From NCBI GenBank assembly GCA_030141605.1, contig JAQGDQ010000155.1, positions 1 through 64,000 on the forward strand: a DNA stretch of 64,000 bases. The letters are read 5' to 3'. Below are positions 39,216-50,675 of the stretch, piece by piece. The notes beneath the pieces are model-generated. The model searched no databases, was not told the DNA's origin, and saw only the letters and a list, made by a program, of their open reading frames with translations. This DNA comes from Tubiluchus corallicola (taxonomy: Eukaryota > Animalia > Priapulida). The position numbers and the translations under genes are program-made. How positions within the stretch are numbered: position 1 is the stretch's first letter; each line of letters starts with the position of its first letter.

Positions 39216-41300
39216 CAGTGGCCGCCGCTTATTATGGACACGGTTATTGTGGACAGCCGGTTATTGTGGACAACTCGCGAGGGACGGAATTTTCCCCTAA
39301 TAAAATCCGCCGGTTAATATGGACAACCGCCGCTTAATATGGACAGCGAACATTCTTGGCACGTGAACCAGCCGTGCCAACCACGGCCTGCGCGCGTGAT
39401 TGAAGGCTGTCCTGCTTTGTCTTGGCAGTGAACTCGATTAGACTCGCATTGTTTTGTGCTTGTGATTGGTGTGTTTTGCATTGCAGTGAACAAGGCTAGG
39501 TTTGCGAAGTGCCGTTTTGATCACCTCTCCGTAGCCTAGCTCTACTTAACTTTTGCATAACCTCGTCTCCGCACGTCCTCTTCTTCTTATTATTCTTCTT
39601 CTTCTCTCTCAGATGGGTAAGCGAAAGGACCGTTCTGTGGCTGAGAAAGTGGCACTGTTGAACAAGTTCTACGATTTGAAGAAGGAGAACCCTAGGGTCA
39701 GCTTGCTGGATGCGGCAGAAACCCTTGAAACGAAAAAGAGCGCTCTGCACTTGATGATCAAGAACGAAGCCGAACTTCTTCATGAAGCTGCTGAGGACGG
39801 TGTGCAAATCAAGCGACATCGGTGTGGAAAGGATGAAGACATCGAGGACGCTCTGCTGCAGTTCTACAACTGGGCCCACCAGCGAAACATCCCTCTTAGT
39901 GGTCCATTGTTGATGGAAAAGGCCAAGGCAATCGCTGAAGGAGCGGGTGTTGCGTTCAATCCAACCGATGGGTGGTTTTCGAGGTGGAAAAAGAGAAACG
40001 GTTTGACTTTCATCACATTGCGAGGAGAAGCAGCCGAGGCCGAGACATCAAGTGCTGACGATTTCTTGAAGAAGGAATGGCCGACTTTGTTGGGTCAGTT
40101 TGACAGGAAGGACATTTTCAACACCGACGAAACGGGGATCTACTTCCGCGCTCTTCCTGGTTCGACGTACGTCAAACAGCGCAACAAGAAGACGGCAAAG
40201 GGCTTCAAAACTGCCAAGGACCGGATCACTGCACTTGTCATGTGCAGCCTCGAAGAGAGCGGCTTCCCCTCCTGATTATCGGCAAATCCAAATCGCCACG
40301 GTGCTTCAAAGGCCGTGAACTGCCGAAAGACTGCATTTACAAGTTCAGCCACAATGCATGGATGACGGCATCGATCTAGGAGAGTTTTCTGCGCGAACTC
40401 GACCTCCAGATGGGGCGGCAGCAGCGAAACATCTTGCTTTTGGCAGACAATTGCAGCGCCCATGCACAGGTTCAGGGACTGAAGAATGTGACGATTCGCT
40501 TCCTGCCACCAAACACGACTTCGGTTCTGCAACCATGTGACCAAGGGATCATCAGGGCGCTGAAGGCTCTCTTCCGGACAGCGATTCGCCGCAAAATCTT
40601 GCAGATCATGGAGGATCTCGAATATGAAAATTCTTCTGCACACGAAGTCGTGAAGAATTTGAACGTGTTGCAAGCCACGGAAATGCTCTCTGCCACGTGA
40701 AAGACGGTCAAGCCGGAGACCATTGTGAATTGCTGGAGGAAGGGAGGCTTTGGAAATGTCGACGAGGAGGTCGACGAAGTTGCAACTGCAATTCCCATCC
40801 CGGATGAGGTCCCTGAAAGCGACGCCGAGGACTTCATTGCTTGGGTGGCAGTCGACGACGACGCAGAAATTGCTGAAGAGAGGACGAGTGAAGAGATGAC
40901 GCATGACCTGGTGCAACGCGTTGCTGCAGCAAAAACCGAAGTTGAAGATTCCGAAGAAGACGACGATGAGGAAGAAGCGGAGCCTGTTGTCTCGTCGAAA
41001 GAAATGAGGGCCGCCCTTGAGGTGCTGGAGCGAGGCCACAGGCAGAACGGTCTCAACATTGAGAGCTTCGAAACTGTGATAACTTCCTTCCGTTCAAGGT
41101 TGAGAGAAAAGTTTCCTGCCAAACAAACTCGTCTGACTTCTTTTTTTCAATAAAACAGGAGACGAGTTGATACAGACAGTTTTTTGCCTTTTTTAATGAA
41201 GGGGAAGGGTCTTCATGGGTCACTTCGCTTAATATGGACAGCCGCTTAATATGGACATACACTGCTGGCCCGAGGTGTCCACAATAAGCGGCGGCCACTG
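39216..41300 (+). mobile_element. Tigger/pogo DNA transposon (2085 bp)
   Basis: 25-bp TIR cagtggccgccgcttatt(a/g)tggaca with one mismatch, TA TSD, and subterminal repeats of the tggaca motif. Confidence 0.96.
39613..41153 (+). pseudogene. Pogo/Tigger (TIGD-like) DD30D transposase, disrupted
   Basis: CENP-B HTH GWFSRWKKR; FNTDETG; LADNCSAH-x-QPCDQG (30 aa between the last two Asp); C-terminal QTRLTSFF PIP-box-like motif. Frameshift near 40260 and stops near 40377 and 40698. Confidence 0.92.
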
Positions 41301-42771
41301 TATTGTGTACAATATCACATCGGCAGGTAGTATCTCAAGCGGGCACAAGTACTACATTTTGTTTTTGGTGTGTATTTATCTGCCAAATAAATACACTATT
41401 TACTGTAAATGGTAATTTTTTATGATTTATAAAATTCTGTTAATGTTAGAATTAATATTTTTAATATGTTTTTATACATTTTGTGATTTTTTATGCAAAA
41501 TTCATCAAATCTATACAATGCGTACTATGCATGTGCTAAAATACTTTAGACGGAGTACCGCAAAAACCCGCGAAACAGCGAAAATACTGTAATAAATATT
41601 TTACGTTAGTATTTTTGAAAGCCCGTGAAATAGCGAGTCCACGATAAACGAACCACAAAGTAGCGAAGGAACACTGTACAGTATAATTTAAAAGCCTGCC
41701 ACTAAATGTTTCACTGGTACAATGTACTATAAAATGCAATATAATTTACAGCAATATGAAATTGAATCCTATTTGGGTAAAGCTATGACAGCCATGGTAA
41801 TGGGATCTAAATAATATCTACTTACACGCATTGATTTTAAAAAAGTGTTCCAAATTTTTCATTGACTGAAAGAACTGACGGTACATCACTTAATACTGAA
41901 ACAGAATGACAACGAATATGACTGTGTTACTTTATATATGAGTTCCACCAGTTTCTTCTCTATGTATAAGAAGAATCCCGTAATAAAAATCTATCAATGC
42001 AAAAATTTCCGGGTCTGTGGGTTTTTTCTTTATTATCTGTTTATGTACACTATGTGCGATTTAGGGTAATTAATAGGTTATAGAGAGGTGCCAGATTCTT
42101 GTTCCTGGAAAATGCGCACATCTTTTCACATTCCCACATGAAGTACATATTTTCTATAAAGCACCACAAGTAGTTACTGAGTGCACTTTTATATAAGCAC
42201 CATATAATATATAAGCACCAAGTACAATTCTTACATAAAAAGTGCTACATTCAAGCAGTTGCACAGCACGTTTAGGTACAATAGCTGTGCAAATGTATCT
42301 AATTAGCAATGACCACATAAGTACCCTAGGCAATTCTGCTACTAATACACTACAAGCAGTTGTGTTTTGCTTTTCATATATAGACAAAGAGAAATCCATA
42401 ATAGAGACTAGTGGAAGTCAACTGTCAGCTTATGGAGCCTTGATATGCTATTACATGGCACATAAGGCAAAAAATGTTTGAAATAACTGATAAATTTTTT
42501 AACAATGTTTTATGATTTTGTTAAAACTTGTTTTTTAGTCGTTCTTATTAATGTAAACTAACTTGAGGTATACAATGTATTTTTATTTATTATTTTGTAG
42601 TGTTTTGCCATTTTTTCGTTCTGCCATTTTTAAAATTGTAACTTTGTATGTATTTGTTTGTGTTAATTAGCACAATAAACATTATAAATCATATATAACA
42701 TATTTTAATGTACTAAGCGTATGTATCAATATGTGTTATGTCTTTTATTTGTTTGCAGGATCTGTTGTTCT

Positions 42772-44721
42772 ATGACGATGGATCAGCGCATAGACTTAGA
42801 CAATTTTATTATCAAGGCTGAAATAGGTGACTCAGTTAATGCACACAATGACAAGAGCGATGATGTATTAGAGCACGATGCGGACTTGTCACTTGTCAAA
42901 ACTGAACAAAACTTTGAAAATGTATTAGACGACTACAACAGCTATGGCATGTTAGACGAGAATGTGCACGAAACTGTAGGTAGAATTCGTGAAACCGAGA
43001 AGGACATTGTCATGGGCGTCAATGGTGATGCCGATGAACCTGTTTGCGAGGAAGCAGACTTTGGTGATGAAGATTTAAATTTGGAACTGAATTTCCCTTC
43101 GCTGACACCGCGACGAAGGACACAATTATTTCACTGTGATATTTGTAACCGATGCTTCAGATCCTCCACAAGTCTTAAGTCACACTCAAAAGTTCACGAA
43201 GAAGTTGCACTGCACAAATGCACTCTCTGTAGCGCAGCATTTACGAGGGCTGGTCATCTAGAAGTCCATTTAAAATCGCACACCTTCAAGTGCGAAGAGT
43301 GCAAAGTGTCATTTCCAAAGTTGTGCATGCTAAATGTACACATGTTAAAACACGTTTCTGTGAGTAAAAGAGGTCACAAGTGCCACCTTTGCGAAAAAGC
43401 TTTCCGAATGCCGGGGAGCTTAAAGCTACACCTTAAAACTCATTCAGAGGCTTTCAGCCTGGATGACGGAAACACAAGATATGAGTGTAGATATTGTCAA
43501 GCATCCTACAAGTATTTGTCGGACTTGCGTCGCCACTTGAGAAAGCACAGCGACAAGTCGTTCACGTGCCACCATTGCCAAGCCGCATTTGCAAGCTTGA
43601 AATCGTTAAGGGAGCACGTTCCATTACATTCTGATGAAAAACCTCATAAGTGCAAGTTCTGTGAGGCAGCGTTTAGATGGCCGGGAAGTTTGAGAGGACA
43701 TTTGAAAACTCACACGAAGGAAAAATGTTATACTTGTGATCAATGTGATGCTAGTTTCATTCATCTAAGTACACTAAAAAGCCACAGGGCACAACACCTC
43801 GGAGAAAAACCTTTCAAATGTACTGAGTGCCAAGCCACGTTTACAAGGGCACAGACACTAAAAGGTCACATGCGGTTGCACACGGGCGAAAAGCCTCACA
43901 AGTGTGAACTCTGTGAGGCCACATTTACATGGCCAGGGAGCTTGAGACTGCATTTGAGAACTCACACAAGGGAAAAATGTTACAAATGTGACCAATGTGA
44001 TGCGAGCTTCGTACATTTAATTAGCTTGAAGAGTCACACCGCTCTGCACCTTGGAGAAAAGCCTTACAAGTGCACATTTTGTGAGGCAGGTTTTACGAGA
44101 CAATACTATTTAAATTTGCATCTGAAGTCACACACAGAAACAGAACCTTTTAAGTGTAGTAAATGCTCAGCAACATTCAGCCGAGCCCATACTTTGAAAT
44201 ATCACTTAAAAAGGCACTCTGATGTCAGACCATACAAATGTGACAAATGCGATTCTGCTTTTCATCAATTGTATGACTTGAAAGTTCATTATAGGCGGCA
44301 TACAGGAGAAAAACCTTACAGTTGTGAGAAATGTGAGATAGGCTTCACTCGTTTAGATGCACTGAAACGTCACGCCTTAAACGAGCACTCAGGGGGTCAG
44401 CGATGTGATTCAAACCAGTGCAGTGTGGCGATCAGTCTAAGGCAACAGCAAATGGTTCACGGCTGCTGTCAGCCTTACTTGTGTGAGTACTGTGCGGCTA
44501 GATATACAACTTTGTCCGGTTTGAAGTTTCATCTTTTGCGACACACTGGAGAAAAACCACATATCTGTAGTCGTTGTGGAACAAGTTTTGTGTATTTGAG
44601 AACCTTAAAAGAACATCTGAGAATTCACATGCGAGAGAAACCTTTTAAGAGTGGTCACTGTGATGCTGCATTCTCAACCTCCCGAAATAGGAAAAAACAT
44701 CTGTCAAGTTGTATGGTGTAA
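42772..44721 (+). CDS. Multi-C2H2 zinc-finger protein (about 649 aa; 17 intact and 2 degenerate fingers, acidic N-terminus)
   Basis: Repeated CxxC-x12-HxxxH with TGEKP linkers. A gtttgcag acceptor at 42758 precedes the ATG at 42772, so the start may lie in an upstream exon. Confidence 0.92.
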   Translation: MTMDQRIDLDNFIIKAEIGDSVNAHNDKSDDVLEHDADLSLVKTEQNFENVLDDYNSYGMLDENVHETVGRIRETEKDIVMGVNGDADEPVCEEADFGDEDLNLELNFPSLTPRRRTQLFHCDICNRCFRSSTSLKSHSKVHEEVALHKCTLCSAAFTRAGHLEVHLKSHTFKCEECKVSFPKLCMLNVHMLKHVSVSKRGHKCHLCEKAFRMPGSLKLHLKTHSEAFSLDDGNTRYECRYCQASYKYLSDLRRHLRKHSDKSFTCHHCQAAFASLKSLREHVPLHSDEKPHKCKFCEAAFRWPGSLRGHLKTHTKEKCYTCDQCDASFIHLSTLKSHRAQHLGEKPFKCTECQATFTRAQTLKGHMRLHTGEKPHKCELCEATFTWPGSLRLHLRTHTREKCYKCDQCDASFVHLISLKSHTALHLGEKPYKCTFCEAGFTRQYYLNLHLKSHTETEPFKCSKCSATFSRAHTLKYHLKRHSDVRPYKCDKCDSAFHQLYDLKVHYRRHTGEKPYSCEKCEIGFTRLDALKRHALNEHSGGQRCDSNQCSVAISLRQQQMVHGCCQPYLCEYCAARYTTLSGLKFHLLRHTGEKPHICSRCGTSFVYLRTLKEHLRIHMREKPFKSGHCDAAFSTSRNRKKHLSSCMV

Positions 44722-45760
44722 AATAACACCAGTTTGTATGGTATAACATTTCATAGGGCTTGAAAAAGCATTTAATTAAACATGCTGAGTAGTGGTTGTA
44801 AGCATGTAATCTGTAAACTGGCTAGTTATACGTCTACTAGTCAAGATAACTGAAGTTACCTCTGATATGGTAGAATGGAAAAATGACTAAAGTCGCCTTT
44901 TGGTTCATTATCGGTTGTTTTGCCTTCTGCCATCCAAATCAAAATTGAAAATATGAACGAATTCAAAATTATGTTGTATGTTGTAAAAATTAATGTTGTA
45001 GTTGTATCAATGCAAATTTTGTCATTTGCCTTCAACATGACTGCATCTCACTTTTGCTGCTACTTGTTTAGGCCAGGCTTTTTTAGGATTTGAATAAGGA
45101 GCTAATGCTGTGGAAATTGCAGCAGATTTGTTTACATGGCATTGCCTTTCAATGGATTTAGTTAAAATAAGTTGAAGGCATAATAATCATATAGCCTGCC
45201 TCTTTACTCAGATTAAATTGAGCTGAATGTTGCAGTCAGCTTCAGTGCCCATTAAACTATGGCACCACATATCTATAGTACTTCAGTATGCTGTACTATG
45301 TTCAATAAAAGTGAAACTAATGAATTTTCCAGTATTTGTAATAAAAGATTCTAATGACAGAAAACTGCTAATTACGTTTTTTGCATTAATAGTTCAACGT
45401 AAAGTATACGACTACAGTATTCTATTCAGAACCTCATTTGCGTATAGGCTGGTATATGGTTTGTATATGGATCGATCAATATGGAGATATAATTTTGATT
45501 GCTAAAGCTGCAGAGATTTTAATTATCATGCTTGATTGAATTTTTGGATATTTTGTTACATTTCACGCTATTATAATAATATGGCAATACTATTGTGATG
45601 ATTTAAGACTTTTTAAATATGATGTGTTTAGGCCTTATGCTGTTATCAATTAATACGTTTTAACTAAAACATTAAGTAGACTAACAACTAACAACTAGAA
45701 TACCGGAAGGATTTGTCGTAAGCTATTACGATGAAATCAGAGCTGCCTTGGTTACAAGGT

Positions 45761-45830
45761 ACTCTGTGGTCTAGTGTCCTAATGTGTTGAGTATGTAAGT
45801 CCAAGATCCCAGATCCATGTTCACACTCAA
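45761..45830 (+). mobile_element. Possible tRNA-derived SINE head
   Basis: A-box-like TGGTCTAGTG with a degenerate B-box at tRNA-like spacing. Confidence 0.3.
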
Positions 45831-48189
45831 CGTTGACTTCACATTTTTTTATTTCATGCTACAGTTTAAAACTTATGAAGTTATCAGTTTAATTACATCA
45901 AACATAATGAATGATAAGGGTAGAACACCATTGAGCATCCAGGCTGTTTCCCATTATGCAAGATGTTAAGTTTTTCAGAAGTAGGTTTTGTAATTTGGGA
46001 TTGACCTGTTGCAAATTCTGCCACCAGAAAGGACTCCGGCTTTTTAAATGTTACAGCTTATACATAGCTAACTTATACTATACTAACTCTTTTATGCCCT
46101 TAAGAGTTCTACATTATTTGAGCTGTTAATTTTGTCAAGGAAGTTATTTCCAGTTAAGGCACCCAAAAAAGACGTTTATAATGACTTTACAATGTTGTGA
46201 TATTGACTTAATTACTATTCCAAAGTTCAACACTAAATGTATGTTTTTTGTCTAGTTAATTACGAAACCTATATGGCATAAGATGTATAATGTCAATATG
46301 GCATAATATTATTACCGTTACCGTCGAAGGATAGAGGTTAAACATAAATAGCTTATAAACCTCTCCACTCTTCCTTGTTTACTGTATCAATATTAAAATA
46401 CATAATGGGTGGCGACACTGCGATCACGAAGCGAAACATATATAACTGATATTATTATATTATAATTATTAATTTTTATTATACATCTACGCGCAATAGA
46501 TACTTTGTTGCCTAAAAGGATTTGTTTGCATGTCAAAATTAGTCGTTGTAGTACAGTGGTTTTTGACACAAAGCGTCCTGTGCACTAGGATTTCGTCGAA
46601 GAGTTACCATATCAGTTCTGTCCGCTCGTTGGCGTTTGTCGCATTTTTTTGCTTGTCCACTAGCCATTGTCCTTTGTCATCGGATTGTTGATTGTACATG
46701 GCTAGGATAAGCTTATTTGGCTAGGTACGTTTATAAAGTGTAAGTTGCATAGTTCACTTAAACTGTGAGTCAATTATTGCTGTTTGGCACCGTTTACTAC
46801 AGTGGCTCATATATCGCGCAGTGCGACCTATCCCCGCGTTTAATACGGGCTGCCGAAGTGGCTAAATGCATATGCAGCAGAGACTGACACGAGTTTTCCG
46901 TAATGATAGCCTCCGGTCTTGCTTATTTAATATTAATAATTTAAAATATCATTTAATTTAAAATGTAATTTAATTAATTAAATATAATTATAATGACATT
47001 TAATGTGTTTATACATGTAAATACGTTACATAACATTTTTTATGTTAGCACCACAAATAAAATTGCTGTTATGAAAGTGTGTATAATATAACCCTGAAGG
47101 GTTACTTAAATGAAGACAGGGTGATTTTGCATATACTACCCCATTTTCAAGTCCGATAAAAAGTATACATTTTAACACGATTAATACTGCAAAAGCGTTT
47201 CTGATAATAGATTAAAATCTTAATTAATGGCGGACGAGCCCAATTATTGATGATGTCACAAATAACATAATTTTCAACGGGGCAAAATATTCGACGAGCG
47301 TGTTTGCGAAGGCGAAAATCGAAGTACAGTGCTACTGTAAGATATTCAGTGTGTTGGATTAAAACTAGGCATGTTTGAAGATAAAAATTCAAATTTACTG
47401 CTGTGCTCACGTATCAGCTGTCGAACGTGTATAGTTCGTCAAAAACTAACACATCTGAACTGAGAGATACAGCACCTGTTTTTGTGTAGTGAATTTCCGA
47501 AATCCAGGCGCTAGTGCCCATCTAACTAGCGAATGGCCAAATGCATGTAACGTCGAAGAACTAGTGGAGTGAATGCGAAATTGTGTTTGTTCATTGACGT
47601 AAGTCATTTTTGAAAAAATAGTGTGCTGACTTTCAATACTTTTAAAGAGTAGACTGTTTTGACCTACTCTTTGAGATTTTGTCTGGTTTTGCTTTAAGAA
47701 GAGGGTAGCCGAAAGTTAACTAAGAATAAGTTATACATCTGATAAAATAAAATATTATTAAATCATTTAAAATAGGCTAGCTTTTAGGCAATTCTAATAT
47801 TTCATTAAGGTATGTCGGTTATATTTTGCATTTCGTATGAGGTACATAGGCAGGTAATCCATTTAATTACCTCTTTGTCAAAAATAGCTTTTTTCTTAGT
47901 GTAGTATATGGGCTGATGATACCATCTAACCTCTTGTTCAGTGATTGCCCATATACCGCACTGGCTTTCCACAAATTTAATGCATGTAATAGTGCAACTA
48001 CAGTATATGGGCTAGCACGATCAATGCCTGCTAGCTATAGTATAATGCTGTCGGGTACCACTTCTGCTTTTTCAAAATTTTTGTAAAGAAAATTTTTGCA
48101 ATATTTCGGCGTGTTTTTATTTAGATAAAGCAACATGCCTCATTATATCAATTTCACATATAACTTATATTATAGATATTTTGGCTTCG

Positions 48190-48440
48190 AATAGCAGACC
48201 TGTTGATCTCAATTTGTAAGCCCTCAATCTGTCTTTTAATAATTGCAAGGATGGTGTTAGTTTCAGCAGCATTTTCTGGCAGCGCATTCCACTGGTTAAC
48301 TACTCTTTGAAAAAAATTAGTAACTCAGTTTGCTGTTGCATGAGGTTTAAGTAGTTTACTAGGGTGGCCTTTATTGGACAATCGTCCTCTGTTACAAGAT
48401 AGTCAATAGATTATTTAGACTGTAATTGAAACTTACTGGG
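48190..48440 (-). mobile_element. CR1-type LINE 3' fragment
   Basis: Translates to KGHPSKL...NFFQRVVNQWNALPE, typical of the CR1 ORF2 C-terminus. Confidence 0.75.
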
Positions 48441-50454
48441 ATTTAAGTGAACTGAGAACAGAGAATTACACTGCCTACAATAATTACTAGTCCACATTTG
48501 CAAGACCCCATAAAGAATTTTTGTTGAAAATAGGTCCTACTTTCTATCATCGTCATTACTATCATCAAATCATGGTCAACAAAAATTAGAAAGTTGGCGA
48601 AGATGAAGAGTGAGAGATTAGGACTGAAGGAATGTAAGTAAGAAATCTGTGAAGTGTTCCCTTGCAGACACAATAGAACATGCTCATTGAACACCAACAA
48701 GGAGGATCACGAGTAAGCACCTTTACCAGTGGCTTTTACCATTAAGAAACTTTAACAACACAGGATTAATTTGAAATTGTGATCAATAATGTGTGAGGCC
48801 TCTCTAAACTAGGGAGTGTCAATTTCGTGAAAATACACACATATGAAAACTGCCGAAATTAGGCTGTTTTTTGCCTGTGGCTTCGAGCTCCTGCTTCTAT
48901 CCAGTAGGTCCAAAAATTTTCAAATTTGGGATCATCAGAGATTAAGTCGTAGAAATTCTAAGTCTTTGAAAAAGAGTATCAGCCATTTTGCTTAGGTAAT
49001 ACTATAACAGCAGCCATCTTAATGGTGTATGAAATTGGCGAAATATTGTTGCATGAAGTTGATCTAATTCACAAACTGTAAAAAAATCAATTGGAAAAAA
49101 TTTGATTACAACACTGTCATGTTGGGGTTGGTAAATGATGCTTTATTGTATTTTGTCACAGTAACCTGCACATTTAACGTGCCAGGATTTTAGTATATAT
49201 CACAGTCTAGGTTACATTTTTTCCAGTACTAATAAAAACGAGATTGCATTCTGTCACTAAAGACTTGGATTTCACTGTGTTGAAAGTTGTGTGGTTACTT
49301 AGGATAAAGCAAGTTACTAAAAACTTTGAACAAATTTTGCTGAGGAGCCTTTGGACATTTGTCATAAAAATCTGTCTTTTGTAAAATGCATTAAGCAAAT
49401 ACCAAGTGTTTTTTAGCTGAGAAACTGCAAAGTTACTTAGTGCATCATTAGTCTGACATTTTTATGCACTTTTTCATTACATTCTGCTTAGCAATTACAT
49501 AACTTAAAGTGTTATGTCTGTCTCTTTGTGCAATATTTGTGTTTTTACTGCAGAATAAAAACAAATAATATGCATGATTTGTGTAAGACTGTTTTTTGCT
49601 AATGATTCGAAAATCATCAAAACTGATTTGAATTCGAAATCTCAAAATTCGGCTTACTTCGAGTTCGAAGGTCACAGATTTAATTCAAATGATTTCTGGT
49701 AGTGAATCCTAGCTCCTAATTACATGTTACTCCGTGTTACACTCAGAGTCACAAACTTTGAATGCACTGTGATATAAAGTGGAAACGTGAGGGTATCATG
49801 CAGAGTTATGGACTTTTCATTAGATTATATAATGTGTGAAATATTAAAGTTAAATTAGTAGTAAGGTTTTTTCGATAAATTATGACATGGTAGCATAAGG
49901 TATGGACATCGTTTGTTTTGGAAATGTAATCTCACCAGCAGAGGAAGCTCTGCTTCTCCCTTTACCGAAAGGCCACCTGTAGTTTTAATAAGCATTGTTC
50001 ACCATGTGAGTCTTTTTTCTCAAGCGTAATGTTGAATAACTCTTTGTTAATTTTTTATTTTAAATAAACTACATAACTTAAGCTGATGTAAGAAGTTGTA
50101 GATCGGCGATGCATGTGCCGCCGAACACATTTGCGAGCATGTTGAAATCGTCTTGTTTTTGTAAAATCTTATTTTTGTTTGGCTTATCTTTGCTAGCAGA
50201 TGTGTTTTGTAATGTCTCCCAGACCGCTTGTTCAAATAAAACAACCTTGTCACAGTTGCAAAAACATTATGACTTGCAATATTATTGATTTTAACAGCGA
50301 CTACAGAGACTTTTATTTAAGTATGGTTGACAAAAGGAAATTTCCTCAAACTCATTAGGTTCTGTTTGAAAACATCTGAAGACAAGGTGCTCTCAACATT
50401 TAACAAACTGTTATGCAGGGTATGTCATGTCAAGGGCATGTCTAGTAGTAGAAC

Positions 50455-50675
50455 ATACAACAGTAGCAGTGTTAACAACAGCTGCAGCAGAGGCAACAAC
50501 AAAAATAATAACAACAACACTGCAACCAGCACCACCAACAACAGCAGCATTAACAACAATGGTTGCAGCAGCAGCAACAACTTGAGCCATTACAGCAGCA
50601 GTAACAACAATGTTTGCAGCAGCAGCAACACGACCTAAGTAATGACTGCAACAGTAACAACTGCAAGAGCAGCTG
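50455..50675. repeat. Degenerate (CAA/CAG)n trinucleotide tract
   Basis: Runs of caa, cag and aac; stops in all plus-strand frames. Confidence 0.7.

Larger units (their letters stand above)
38951..41676. mobile_element. Older Tigger-like MITE interrupted by the Tigger element
   Basis: The left agtccctcacttatcgcgg and right tagcgaaggaacactg|TA resemble degenerate Tigger-type inverted termini. Non-coding interior. Confidence 0.55.

Noticed and set aside
40140-41122. Long antisense ORFs in the Tigger element
   Set aside because: Shadow ORFs of GC-rich transposase codons with no recognisable motifs.
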